Shown here piece by piece: positions 7,997-15,813 of a stretch of DNA of 64,000 bases. Within the stretch, counting starts at the first letter, position 1; every line of letters begins with the position of its first letter. Source of the DNA: Candidatus Pacearchaeota archaeon. Lineage in GTDB: Archaea; Nanobdellota; Nanobdellia; Pacearchaeales; GW2011-AR1. The position numbers and the translations under genes are program-made. The DNA lies in assembly GCA_050302495.1 (NCBI GenBank), contig JBNLBP010000001.1, positions 127,269-191,268 of the forward strand, in the 5' to 3' direction. The notes below the pieces were generated by a model. That model was not told the DNA's origin. It did not search any database and was given only the letters and a program-made list of their open reading frames with translations.

Positions 7997-9625
7997 ATGA
8001 ATTCAGCAATAATAGTTATAGTTGCAATAATCTGGATGATTCTAGGATATAAGTTTTATGGAAGATTTATCGAGAGAAGGGTAAAGATAAATGACAAAGA
8101 CAAAACACCTGCAAAAACTAGCAAGAACAAGGTGGATTTCTCTCCCGCTAAAAAGAAATTTCTTTTAGGACATCATTTTGCGTCGATTGCTGGAGCTGGA
8201 CCAATAATAGGTCCAATACTTGCGGTTAGTTATTTTGGTTGGTTACCTGTTGCTATTTGGGTTTTAGTTGGATCTGTTTTGATCGGAGCTATGCATGATT
8301 ATATTTCTTTAATTGCCTCTGTAAGAAATAAGGCTAAGGGCGTTGCTTCAATAACAAAACAATATTTGAATAAAAGATCTGGATGGGTTTTTGGATTGAT
8401 GATTTGGGTAACATTAATCTTAGTTATAACTGTTTTTACAGTTTCTTCTGCGGAAAGTATAATAGAAAAACCAGATTTGATAATTCCGATAATAACAATA
8501 ACCGTTCTTTCAGTTTTCTTAGGTGTAGGCGTTGAGAAATACAAATTAAACCCCAATATTTGGAGTGTAATTGTTGTCGTTTTAAGTTTTGCTTCAGTGT
8601 GGTTAGGACAAAAAGGTTTAATCTCTGCTAATATAATAAATCCAGAAATAACTAGAATATTTTGGATAAGTATAATTATGTTGTATGCTTTCATTGCTTC
8701 AGTAGTTCCAGTTTGGGTTTTGTTGAGGCCAAGAGGGTATCTTAGTTCAATACAATTAGTTGTGATTTTGCTTTTAGGGTTTGTTGGAATATTAATAGTG
8801 GGCCCTCAAATAAATGCTCCAGCATATATTCCTAATGCACCATTTCCATTATGGCCAATATTATTTATTACGGTAGCATGTGGCGCTGTATCCGGATTCC
8901 ATGGAATTGTTTCTTCTGGAACAACAAGCAAACAGCTATCCAAAGAAAGTGATGGAAGACCTATTGCGTATGGTGGAATGTTGATGGAAGGTTTGTTAGC
9001 AATACTTGTTACAACGATAGTTGTTGCAGGGTTAAAATGGGGTGCGGGAGTTCAAGGAGGTTTCCAATTAACCTTAGAAAAAGGGTGGATAGTTTTGTTT
9101 TCGGAAGGGTTTGGAAATATAGTTGGAAGCCTAGGAATACCTTTGATAACTATGACAATTGCAGGATTGCTTGGAGCGTTTATGGTTAATCAATTTATTT
9201 TAACTTCAGTAGATACTTCATCAAGGTTGGGAAGGTTTGTATTTACAGAAACACTATTTCCCAAGGTAAAGAATAGATATTTGACAACATTTATAGTGTT
9301 AATTCCTGCTTGGCTTCTTGCAATAACAAATTCTTATCAGAGTTTATGGAGATTATTTGGAACCTCAAATCAATTAATTGCATCTATAACTCTTATTGGT
9401 CTTTCTTCTTACTTTATATCTAAGAAAATAAAGACTAAATTCATAACAATACCAGCAGTATTTGTTTTAGTTACAACAATGTCTGCTTTGTTATACTTAA
9501 CATTTAGATCTGGAGGGTATTTCACTGAAGGGAAGATTGCTTTAGGAATAATTTCACTAATAATGTTTGGTTTAGGCGCGGTAGTAGCTTATGAAGGATT
9601 TAGAACTTTGATTAAGAAGAAGTGA
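7997..9625 (+). CDS. cstA: carbon starvation protein CstA-family peptide transporter
   Basis: Polytopic membrane protein with the CstA signature GHHFASIAGAGPIIGPILA. The ATG at 7997 with an upstream GAGGAGAGG RBS is preferred over the track's alternative start at 7976. Confidence 0.8.
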   Translation: MNSAIIVIVAIIWMILGYKFYGRFIERRVKINDKDKTPAKTSKNKVDFSPAKKKFLLGHHFASIAGAGPIIGPILAVSYFGWLPVAIWVLVGSVLIGAMHDYISLIASVRNKAKGVASITKQYLNKRSGWVFGLMIWVTLILVITVFTVSSAESIIEKPDLIIPIITITVLSVFLGVGVEKYKLNPNIWSVIVVVLSFASVWLGQKGLISANIINPEITRIFWISIIMLYAFIASVVPVWVLLRPRGYLSSIQLVVILLLGFVGILIVGPQINAPAYIPNAPFPLWPILFITVACGAVSGFHGIVSSGTTSKQLSKESDGRPIAYGGMLMEGLLAILVTTIVVAGLKWGAGVQGGFQLTLEKGWIVLFSEGFGNIVGSLGIPLITMTIAGLLGAFMVNQFILTSVDTSSRLGRFVFTETLFPKVKNRYLTTFIVLIPAWLLAITNSYQSLWRLFGTSNQLIASITLIGLSSYFISKKIKTKFITIPAVFVLVTTMSALLYLTFRSGGYFTEGKIALGIISLIMFGLGAVVAYEGFRTLIKKK

Positions 9626-10396
9626 TTATCCTTTGTTGTAAATAGTTCTGACTTTTTCTTCAAACTCTTTCTGAACTGCTTTTGGAACATAATCATTTGA
9701 TAATTTCAGAATCTCTAAAATATTCTGATCAACCAATATCCCCTCTTCTAAATTTTTCTTTGCGGCTCCGCCGCTAGATCCGACGAACCGATCGCTCCAG
9801 TCGCCAAGATCGCCCCTAGCGAGGGCAATAGACCTGCTCCCAAGCCTGCTGAGGTACAAGGCACGTCCCTTTTCAAAGTTACTTTTAGAATCAAAATAAA
9901 TCTCCATAGCTTTTTCTATCCCAAATCTTTTCTTCATTTCAGGGAAGAATTCATCTGCATAGTCAGAAAGTAATTTATTGCCTCTTGCTAGAAAATTCCA
10001 TATTTCAGAATCTTTCACACTTTCAACTGTGTAAGTTTTATTGTGAAGATTTTTCACTTCACCTTTGGACAAATATAATACTTTACTCTTGTCATTTAAG
10101 CTTTCAAAAGTTCCATTGTCTAAAACAACTGCTCCTTCATTTAATTTTGTTGAAGGGTTAATATTTCTGATGTAATCTGCATCCAAGACAATTTTAACAT
10201 CTCCTCTTGTATTGTAAACTGTTCCGTCAGAAGTGTCAAAAAAATTATCTTTCCAATCTGAGAATTCTCTTCCATAACTCAATCTATTTTGCATAACATC
10301 GGCTACAGATTGTATTTTGTATCCTTCTTCTTTCATAGTAGGTATGCTGTTTCTTGCATCTCCTGAAAATAATTTATAGTTTTTTCCTAAGTTCAT
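9626..10396 (-). CDS. hypothetical protein (256 aa) containing a local GC-rich segment
   Basis: Track ORF. No motif recognized. Carries a roughly 64% GC stretch at 9761-9870. Confidence 0.45.
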   Translation of the reverse strand: MNLGKNYKLFSGDARNSIPTMKEEGYKIQSVADVMQNRLSYGREFSDWKDNFFDTSDGTVYNTRGDVKIVLDADYIRNINPSTKLNEGAVVLDNGTFESLNDKSKVLYLSKGEVKNLHNKTYTVESVKDSEIWNFLARGNKLLSDYADEFFPEMKKRFGIEKAMEIYFDSKSNFEKGRALYLSRLGSRSIALARGDLGDWSDRFVGSSGGAAKKNLEEGILVDQNILEILKLSNDYVPKAVQKEFEEKVRTIYNKG

Positions 10397-10442
10397 TGTA
10401 AAGTTACATATAGAAGGGATTTATAAGTTTTCTGGAAACCAA

Positions 10443-10583
10443 TTATTTCTTCTTAAGTAATTCTTTTTGATTGATTAACATTAAAATTACTGAAACGATT
10501 ATTAAACTCCAATGAATTAGTAATCCTCCTACTAAAAAAAGCAATGCTATTAAGGATAAGATAAAAACTTTAGTATTTTTCAT
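10443..10583 (-). CDS. small hydrophobic protein (46 aa), unlisted short ORF
   Basis: ATG at 10583..10581. Translation MKNTKVFILSLIALLFLVGGLLIHWSLIIVSVILMLINQKELLKKK has two hydrophobic stretches. Confidence 0.25.
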   Translation of the reverse strand: MKNTKVFILSLIALLFLVGGLLIHWSLIIVSVILMLINQKELLKKK

Positions 10584-10633
10584 GGATATCCAAGTGCAAT
10601 AATTCTTAAAAATGTTTACAGTGTCTATAGTTT

Positions 10634-11227
10634 ATGGATAAAAAAGAGGGAATTCTTGAATTATTTTTAGGATTGATATTTGTTGCATTATTAGTTATTA
10701 TTTCTATTTTGGTTATTGGTATGGCTGATGGGAAACAAACAGCTGTTCAAACATCAAACAGCATCCAAAATTCTTACAATGTTAATTCCTACAACCAGGT
10801 TGTCCAAAAAATTCCTGTAGAGACAAGTGCGGCTAGGAATGTTCCGGTTACCAAAAGGTTTGTTGAAAGGCCTGATTATGGCACTCATATAGTAAGTTAT
10901 GTTCGAAAAGGTTATACGAACTCTGACAACTATCAGAAAAGCCAATACCTTAGATACACTAGTTACGGAGAGCATACACAAGAAAAAACCTTTTTTAATA
11001 ACTACAGGGACGAATTTAATGTTTATGTAGTTAATAAGGATTATGCCGGAGGGTATTTTAAGGTAAAATTCGCTTTTTGTGATTATTATGATAATTGTTT
11101 CTCTGAAACCATAGAAAAATATATTCCAGCAAAAGAGGAAGCGAAGTTCACATTCATGGATGTGCAGAACGAGCGATATAAGTACCACAATTGGGAATAT
11201 AAGGTGTTTCCAGATGTTTTGGACTAG
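10634..11227 (+). CDS. membrane-anchored hypothetical protein
   Basis: N-terminal TM helix (ILELFLGLIFVALLVIISILVIG), then a Y/N-rich ectodomain. Contains an AAACAGCTGTT palindrome. Confidence 0.45.
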   Translation: MDKKEGILELFLGLIFVALLVIISILVIGMADGKQTAVQTSNSIQNSYNVNSYNQVVQKIPVETSAARNVPVTKRFVERPDYGTHIVSYVRKGYTNSDNYQKSQYLRYTSYGEHTQEKTFFNNYRDEFNVYVVNKDYAGGYFKVKFAFCDYYDNCFSETIEKYIPAKEEAKFTFMDVQNERYKYHNWEYKVFPDVLD

Positions 11228-11311
11228 TTTTTAGGGCAATTTCCAAAAAGTACTGATAATGTACGTTGTGCGAAGCTTTTTGAGGGTTTTTAGGCATTTT
11301 TTGCGAAAAAA

Positions 11312-11971
11312 TCAATAATTTTCATATTTTGGGTCAAAAAATCCACTTCCTTTATGTTTTGAGAAGAGATCTTCCTTAGGTTCATCAAAAGAATTTGCAC
11401 TTAGGTTATGTTTGTTTTGTTTATTCAGTTTTGCAGTCTCATTTATATTGAATGCGAGATTTGCAAGCTCTGTTGGACTTGGAAAATAATAATTTGTATT
11501 TAAGGTATGTAAGAAATCACTCTCTCCAGAATCAACTTTTGAAGGGGATAGTTTTGTGCTCATATCAGTCGTATGGCCTGCGTCTTTTTTATCAACTTCA
11601 TAATCAATGCCCTTTATTGCACTTAGGTTATGTTTGTTTTTATCTCTTACAAATTTGGAGTCTTTGTGTGCGATAAGTAGATTTTGAAGATTTGTTTTAT
11701 TATTTTTATATTCATTAAATTGTTCTTCAGAAATTAAAGCATAATGATCAAACTCCTCAAGAGATATATCCCCATGCCTTTTTAGTAAAGGGAACCATGC
11801 TGATAGCTTTCCTCCCTCTATATAGTGTATGCCTAATGAATTTTCCTTAGGAATTTGGGCAATTAAGTGAGGCTGACGAATGTTTTGAAAATATTGGCCT
11901 TCTAGATTTTCAATTAATTTAGAATAAAGTGTGTGTTCATAAGGAACGACCTTGAACTCTTTATTTGGCAT
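11312..11971 (-). CDS. hypothetical protein with an internal 24-bp duplication
   Basis: Track ORF. Identical 24-mer TTGCACTTAGGTTATGTTTGTTTT at 11394 and 11617, encoding an NKHNLSA repeat. Confidence 0.4.
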   Translation of the reverse strand: MPNKEFKVVPYEHTLYSKLIENLEGQYFQNIRQPHLIAQIPKENSLGIHYIEGGKLSAWFPLLKRHGDISLEEFDHYALISEEQFNEYKNNKTNLQNLLIAHKDSKFVRDKNKHNLSAIKGIDYEVDKKDAGHTTDMSTKLSPSKVDSGESDFLHTLNTNYYFPSPTELANLAFNINETAKLNKQNKHNLSANSFDEPKEDLFSKHKGSGFFDPKYENY

Positions 11972-12052
11972 TGAAAACTAAATCAGAGGTAATATTTAAG
12001 GATTTGTTTGATAGAAGTATTATAATTACGAAAATTATACACTTAGGTTAGA

Positions 12053-12346
12053 TTAGTCTTTTGGAAGATTAAAGATTACAGCAAATCTTTCTAAGCTATC
12101 TTTTGAATTGGCTTGGGCCTCTAGAAGGCTTTGTTCTTCAGAGTCTATAAATTGGACATGAACCCCTTCAACAAGGTATTTATCAGGCGATACTGAATTT
12201 TCTAGTTGATTGTTGTAAAAGTCTTCTTTTATTGAATCGTATTTATCTTTGGGAATATTCAAAGAAGTGAATCCAAAAAAATCTATACGATCTTTCCAAA
12301 ATTCCTTGCCTTTTTCCCCCACCGTGTATCCTGTGCCAAAGATCAT
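12053..12346 (-). CDS. hypothetical protein (97 aa)
   Basis: Track ORF. No motif. Confidence 0.35.
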   Translation of the reverse strand: MIFGTGYTVGEKGKEFWKDRIDFFGFTSLNIPKDKYDSIKEDFYNNQLENSVSPDKYLVEGVHVQFIDSEEQSLLEAQANSKDSLERFAVIFNLPKD

Positions 12347-12539
12347 AGTGATTGTTAATTCTATCTCTATTTAAAGATTTAGGCTCTAGAATTTCTGAAT
12401 AATTAATAGAACTGCCAGGATGTTGCACTTAGGTTAAGTTAGTATTCTTACTAAAAAATATTGTGAAAATTTTGATTTTAAAAGAATAGTTTTTAATTAT
12501 TTAGTAAATTATTTTATAAAATGACCAAAGAAAATTAGA

Positions 12540-12790
12540 TAAACACCTGTTTAAACAGCGTTTTATCGACGGTGTAAGAACTTGGGTATTTAAGGGTGTT
12601 TGACAGGTTGTTGGAGGTGTTTGAACAGGTGTTGGATAATATTTTGTGTTTTGGGTGATTCTTAAACAGCTGTTTATAGGTGTTTGTAGCTGTTTAGAGA
12701 TGTTTAAACAGGGTGTTTGTTTGTTTTTTTCAAAATAAACGGGTGTTTAAGGGTGTTTATTATGTAAAATTTTATGTTAAAAATAGTGTA
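12540..12790. repeat. intergenic array of GGTGTTT / CAGGTGTT iterations interleaved with CTGTTTAAACAG and AAACAGCTGTTT palindromes
   Basis: At least six exact GGTGTTT copies. Palindromes at 12547-12558, 12662-12677 and 12701-12711. Confidence 0.7.
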
Positions 12791-12865
12791 AAAATTAGCA
12801 TAGAAAAAGGCTTTTTATCGATATAAGAAAGAAAAGTTTATAAACATGCTTTCTTTGTAATTACT

Positions 12866-13507
12866 ATGTTTGGATTATTTTCGAGAAAAAAAGAGATTGA
12901 TGAAGTTAAGGAAGATACAAAAAAAGGATTTGAATCTGTAAAAAAAGATATTACGGCTGTAAGCGGATGGATTAAACACCTAGATTCTGAGCGAGAAATG
13001 CAAAAAAAAGACATTTCTGAGGTTAAAGAAATTTTATCGTCGGTTCAAGAAGAGCTTGAAAGTCTCAAGAACGTGTTTTCTATGATGAATCAAACAGGTG
13101 TTTTGCCAAAAAACAAACAGGTGTTTAAAACACCTGGTAGGGTGTTTGAAGAACAAACAGGTGTTTATGCTGTTCAAACAGGTGTGCAAACGGCTGTCCA
13201 AACACCAAATTTAGAGCAATTTTCAATAACAGAGAGAGCAATTATATGGGTTATGCTAAATAGTGATATGAAGCTTAGTTATGATGATATAGCTGCTATG
13301 TTGGGAAAGGAGAGATCTACTATAAGAGGGCAGATAAATACAATAAAATCAAAGAGTGAGGGCTTAATTGAAGAGGTAATAGAGAAAAATGGTAAAAAAA
13401 GAGTGTTTATACCTGAGAAAATGAAGGAAATAATGCTCAAAAAGGCGAAAGTGAGAGTTAATAAACAAAAAAACGCGAAAAAAACTAAAAAAGTGAGTGA
13501 ATATTGA
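12866..13507 (+). CDS. coiled-coil / QTGV-repeat / C-terminal winged-HTH protein (paralog of 13702..14589)
   Basis: N-terminal K/E coiled coil. Middle region is made of AACAGGTGTTT nucleotide repeats (QTGV peptide repeats). C-terminal HTH-like LSYDDIAAMLGKERSTIRGQINTIK. Confidence 0.5.
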   Translation: MFGLFSRKKEIDEVKEDTKKGFESVKKDITAVSGWIKHLDSEREMQKKDISEVKEILSSVQEELESLKNVFSMMNQTGVLPKNKQVFKTPGRVFEEQTGVYAVQTGVQTAVQTPNLEQFSITERAIIWVMLNSDMKLSYDDIAAMLGKERSTIRGQINTIKSKSEGLIEEVIEKNGKKRVFIPEKMKEIMLKKAKVRVNKQKNAKKTKKVSEY

Positions 13508-13660
13508 AAGAAAATGAGGGTAAAAATGCTAAAAAATAAAGAAAAAGTGAGTGTTTTACAAGAGAATAGGGGCTCGAGTAAAAGCTTAGAAAAAGTGAGG
13601 ACTAATTTATCGACGGAAACAACGTAAAAGTGATAGATTTACAAGATAAAAGAAGTGATA
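13445..13660. repeat. AAAGTGAG iteron-like direct repeats (about six copies at 25-55 bp spacing)
   Basis: Copies near 13447, 13488, 13543, 13592, 13627 and 13653. They span the 3' end of the 12866 gene and the convergent intergenic spacer. Confidence 0.6.
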
Positions 13661-13701
13661 TGAATAGTCAAAGTAATTAATCGGTGTAACGAGAATCGTA
13701 A

Positions 13702-14589
13702 TTAAATATCTCTTAATTGAATTATTGTTTGTAGACTAGCAACTTTCTTTAAATCAGAAGAGACACTTAACTGGATAGACTTGTTATTTATCTTAGTTTT
13801 ATCGACGGGGATACCTTTCTTTATTAGTCTTCCAATATAATCCCTGATGGAGCTCTCTGTAAGCCCTAAAATGCTTGAAATAGCCTTATAATCAGCATAT
13901 CCTTCTTCTTCACATAATTGATATAATGTAGTGAATACTGTCATCTCTTGATCAGTGAGTCTTTTGAACTTTAGACGTATTTCTTTCTTCAAGTTATCAA
14001 GAGAGTTGAGAATTGTCATGGCATCCTTTATTGGGCTTGAAGGAGTCATTTTAGGTATGTTTTCTTGATTGTACGAACTATTATGTGTCTGTTGGTGTGT
14101 TTGTCTGTTTGTCTGTTTGTCTGTTGGAACCCCCCCATTTCCTGTGGAAATACCTAAATTTTGGGGTTCTAAGGGCTTAATATGTGTCGAATCTGTCGAA
14201 TTATGTGTCGAAATAGAGTCATTTATGTGTTGGATTGTCGAATTATGTGTCGAAGCCCTTTTAACAGGGATTTCAGGAGTGTTGGAATATGTGTTTGTCT
14301 GTTTGTCTGTTTGTCTGTTTGTCTGTTGGATAAGTATTTCAGGGTTATTTGGAGAAGAAAGAATACTTGAAAGGGAGTTTTTTTTGGATTGAAGTGTATT
14401 CTCTTTCAGTGATTTAACAATTTCTTTAATCTCATTTAAATCAGAAGAAGTATTATTTAAAGAATCTTTCAATGAGCATATCTCACCATACAAAAAGTCA
14501 ATATCTTCTTTAACTCTCAAAAAGGCCTCTTTTATTTCTTCCATTATTTCAAAAGAGGTATTAGATATAAAAAGATTAAGATAATCCAA
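13702..14589 (-). CDS. coiled-coil / tandem-repeat / C-terminal winged-HTH protein (paralog of 12866..13507)
   Basis: Same architecture as the 12866..13507 gene. C-terminal HTH-like YADYKAISSILGLTESSIRDYIGRLIKKG. Middle region encoded by (TTGTCTGT)n arrays and GAATTATGTGTCGAA repeats. Confidence 0.5.
   Translation of the reverse strand: MDYLNLFISNTSFEIMEEIKEAFLRVKEDIDFLYGEICSLKDSLNNTSSDLNEIKEIVKSLKENTLQSKKNSLSSILSSPNNPEILIQQTNRQTDKQTNTYSNTPEIPVKRASTHNSTIQHINDSISTHNSTDSTHIKPLEPQNLGISTGNGGVPTDKQTNRQTHQQTHNSSYNQENIPKMTPSSPIKDAMTILNSLDNLKKEIRLKFKRLTDQEMTVFTTLYQLCEEEGYADYKAISSILGLTESSIRDYIGRLIKKGIPVDKTKINNKSIQLSVSSDLKKVASLQTIIQLRDI
14085..14340. repeat. intragenic tandem arrays: (TTGTCTGT)4-5 at 14090-14135 and 14293-14335, and GAATTATGTGTCGAA x3 at 14181-14255
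   Basis: Read directly. On the coding (minus) strand these give KQTNRQT and STHNS peptide repeats. Confidence 0.75.
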
Positions 14590-14597
14590 GATAATGT

Positions 14598-14867
14598 TTA
14601 ATTTGCTAGCTTCCTATAAGAAGAATATGCTTTATCAGATAGTTTCCATCTTGATCGTTTCAAATAAGGTATACCTGAAGGATTTTTCTTTATTTCATTA
14701 ACAAGACCTTTCTTTTTTAGCCTAAGTAATAAAGTTTTGGTGAATTCTTCATCCCTCACAACTTCATGTGCAACATTAATTGTGAAAACTGCTTTAGGAG
14801 ATATAGAAAATAGATATGAAATGATTTGTTCACATATTCTCTCTTTTTTTTGTTCTGAAATACGCAT
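14598..14867 (-). CDS. small basic protein, possible winged-helix DNA-binding
   Basis: 89 aa, directly upstream of 13702..14589 on the same strand. K/R-rich C-terminus. Confidence 0.35.
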   Translation of the reverse strand: MRISEQKKERICEQIISYLFSISPKAVFTINVAHEVVRDEEFTKTLLLRLKKKGLVNEIKKNPSGIPYLKRSRWKLSDKAYSSYRKLAN

Positions 14868-14946
14868 AAGGAGGATAAGAAAATACTTTTTTTAAATATG
14901 ATGTATTATATAATAAATTAGAGTAGGAATAATTAGCAAATTTAAA

Positions 14947-15387
14947 TTATTTCTTTGGAGAAGAACCTTGTGCAGAATTCTTAGCTGGTTTCACCGAGGG
15001 TAAAGGCACATGAGAAGGTAAATTTATTTCTTCTTCCAATTGAAGAGCTTTAAGATTACATTTCTTTAAAATAACATTGAATAAAGGTAATCTGAATTCT
15101 TCAGGAACAGATTTTTTAGCCCATTCTTTTATAAATAATTCCGCTTCTTTAGCTGGCATTGATACTAAAACCATTCCTGAAAAGAATATCTTAGCAAACT
15201 TAGGTTCATATGAGATCTCATAACTAAAATCAACACCTAGAAGAGATTCTTTTGATTGAATAACATCAGACTTAACGTCTTTTACGTCTGCAATATCTAT
15301 ATTTGTATTAACCTTTAAGTTTTCAACAAGTGTTTTAGAATATTTCTCTGCACCAATTTTAGAAAAGTTAAAACCAACTAATTTCAT
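14947..15387 (-). CDS. hypothetical protein (146 aa)
   Basis: Track ORF. No motif. Confidence 0.4.
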   Translation of the reverse strand: MKLVGFNFSKIGAEKYSKTLVENLKVNTNIDIADVKDVKSDVIQSKESLLGVDFSYEISYEPKFAKIFFSGMVLVSMPAKEAELFIKEWAKKSVPEEFRLPLFNVILKKCNLKALQLEEEINLPSHVPLPSVKPAKNSAQGSSPKK

Positions 15388-15467
15388 AATACCAAGAGAA
15401 AGTTTTTGTTTTTAAATATTTTGGTAGTTGAAAAGGATTGTTAGTCTTTTTTATTAGAATAATCTAA

Positions 15468-15728
15468 TTATATTAAGTCTTCTTCAGAAACAATAACGAA
15501 GTCTCCTATAGCTACAATAGAGCTATAAGGTATTAACAGCTCGTTTGAAGATGTTTTCTCTAGGTTAAGATTTCTGGTATAGGGAGTTGTATCTTTTACA
15601 ACGATATTAATTAATTCCCCAGATCTTGTCTCAAAGAGAATATCCTTAACAAATCCTAATCTTTTTCCCTCTTTTGTTACAATCATTTTACCCACAAGAG
15701 CATTGAAAGGAGTCTTTTCTGTTTGCAT
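15468..15728 (-). CDS. PRC-barrel domain protein
   Basis: 86 aa. The GKMIVTKEGKRLGFVKDILFETRSGELINIVV pattern is typical of small archaeal PRC-barrel proteins. Confidence 0.6.
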   Translation of the reverse strand: MQTEKTPFNALVGKMIVTKEGKRLGFVKDILFETRSGELINIVVKDTTPYTRNLNLEKTSSNELLIPYSSIVAIGDFVIVSEEDLI

Positions 15729-15813
15729 GAGAAGGTGAGACCTAACAAATTTATAAAGTTTTCTGTGAGAATATATAGAGATTAGAGGAGATACTTAATA
15801 ATACTCTATATAA

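Noticed and set aside
8299-8694. Minus-strand 131-aa ORF
   Set aside because: Lies entirely inside the cstA coding region on the opposite strand.
13445-13660. Possible CRISPR-like array (AAAGTGAG repeats)
   Set aside because: Repeat unit only 8-9 nt with irregular 25-55 bp spacing and no cas genes. Not a CRISPR array. Treated as iteron-like repeats instead.
14069-14392. Plus-strand Cys-rich ORFs (MYELLCVCWCVC..., MCRICRIMCR...)
   Set aside because: Artefacts of reading the (TTGTCTGT)n and GAATTATGTGTCGAA arrays on the antisense strand of gene 13702..14589.
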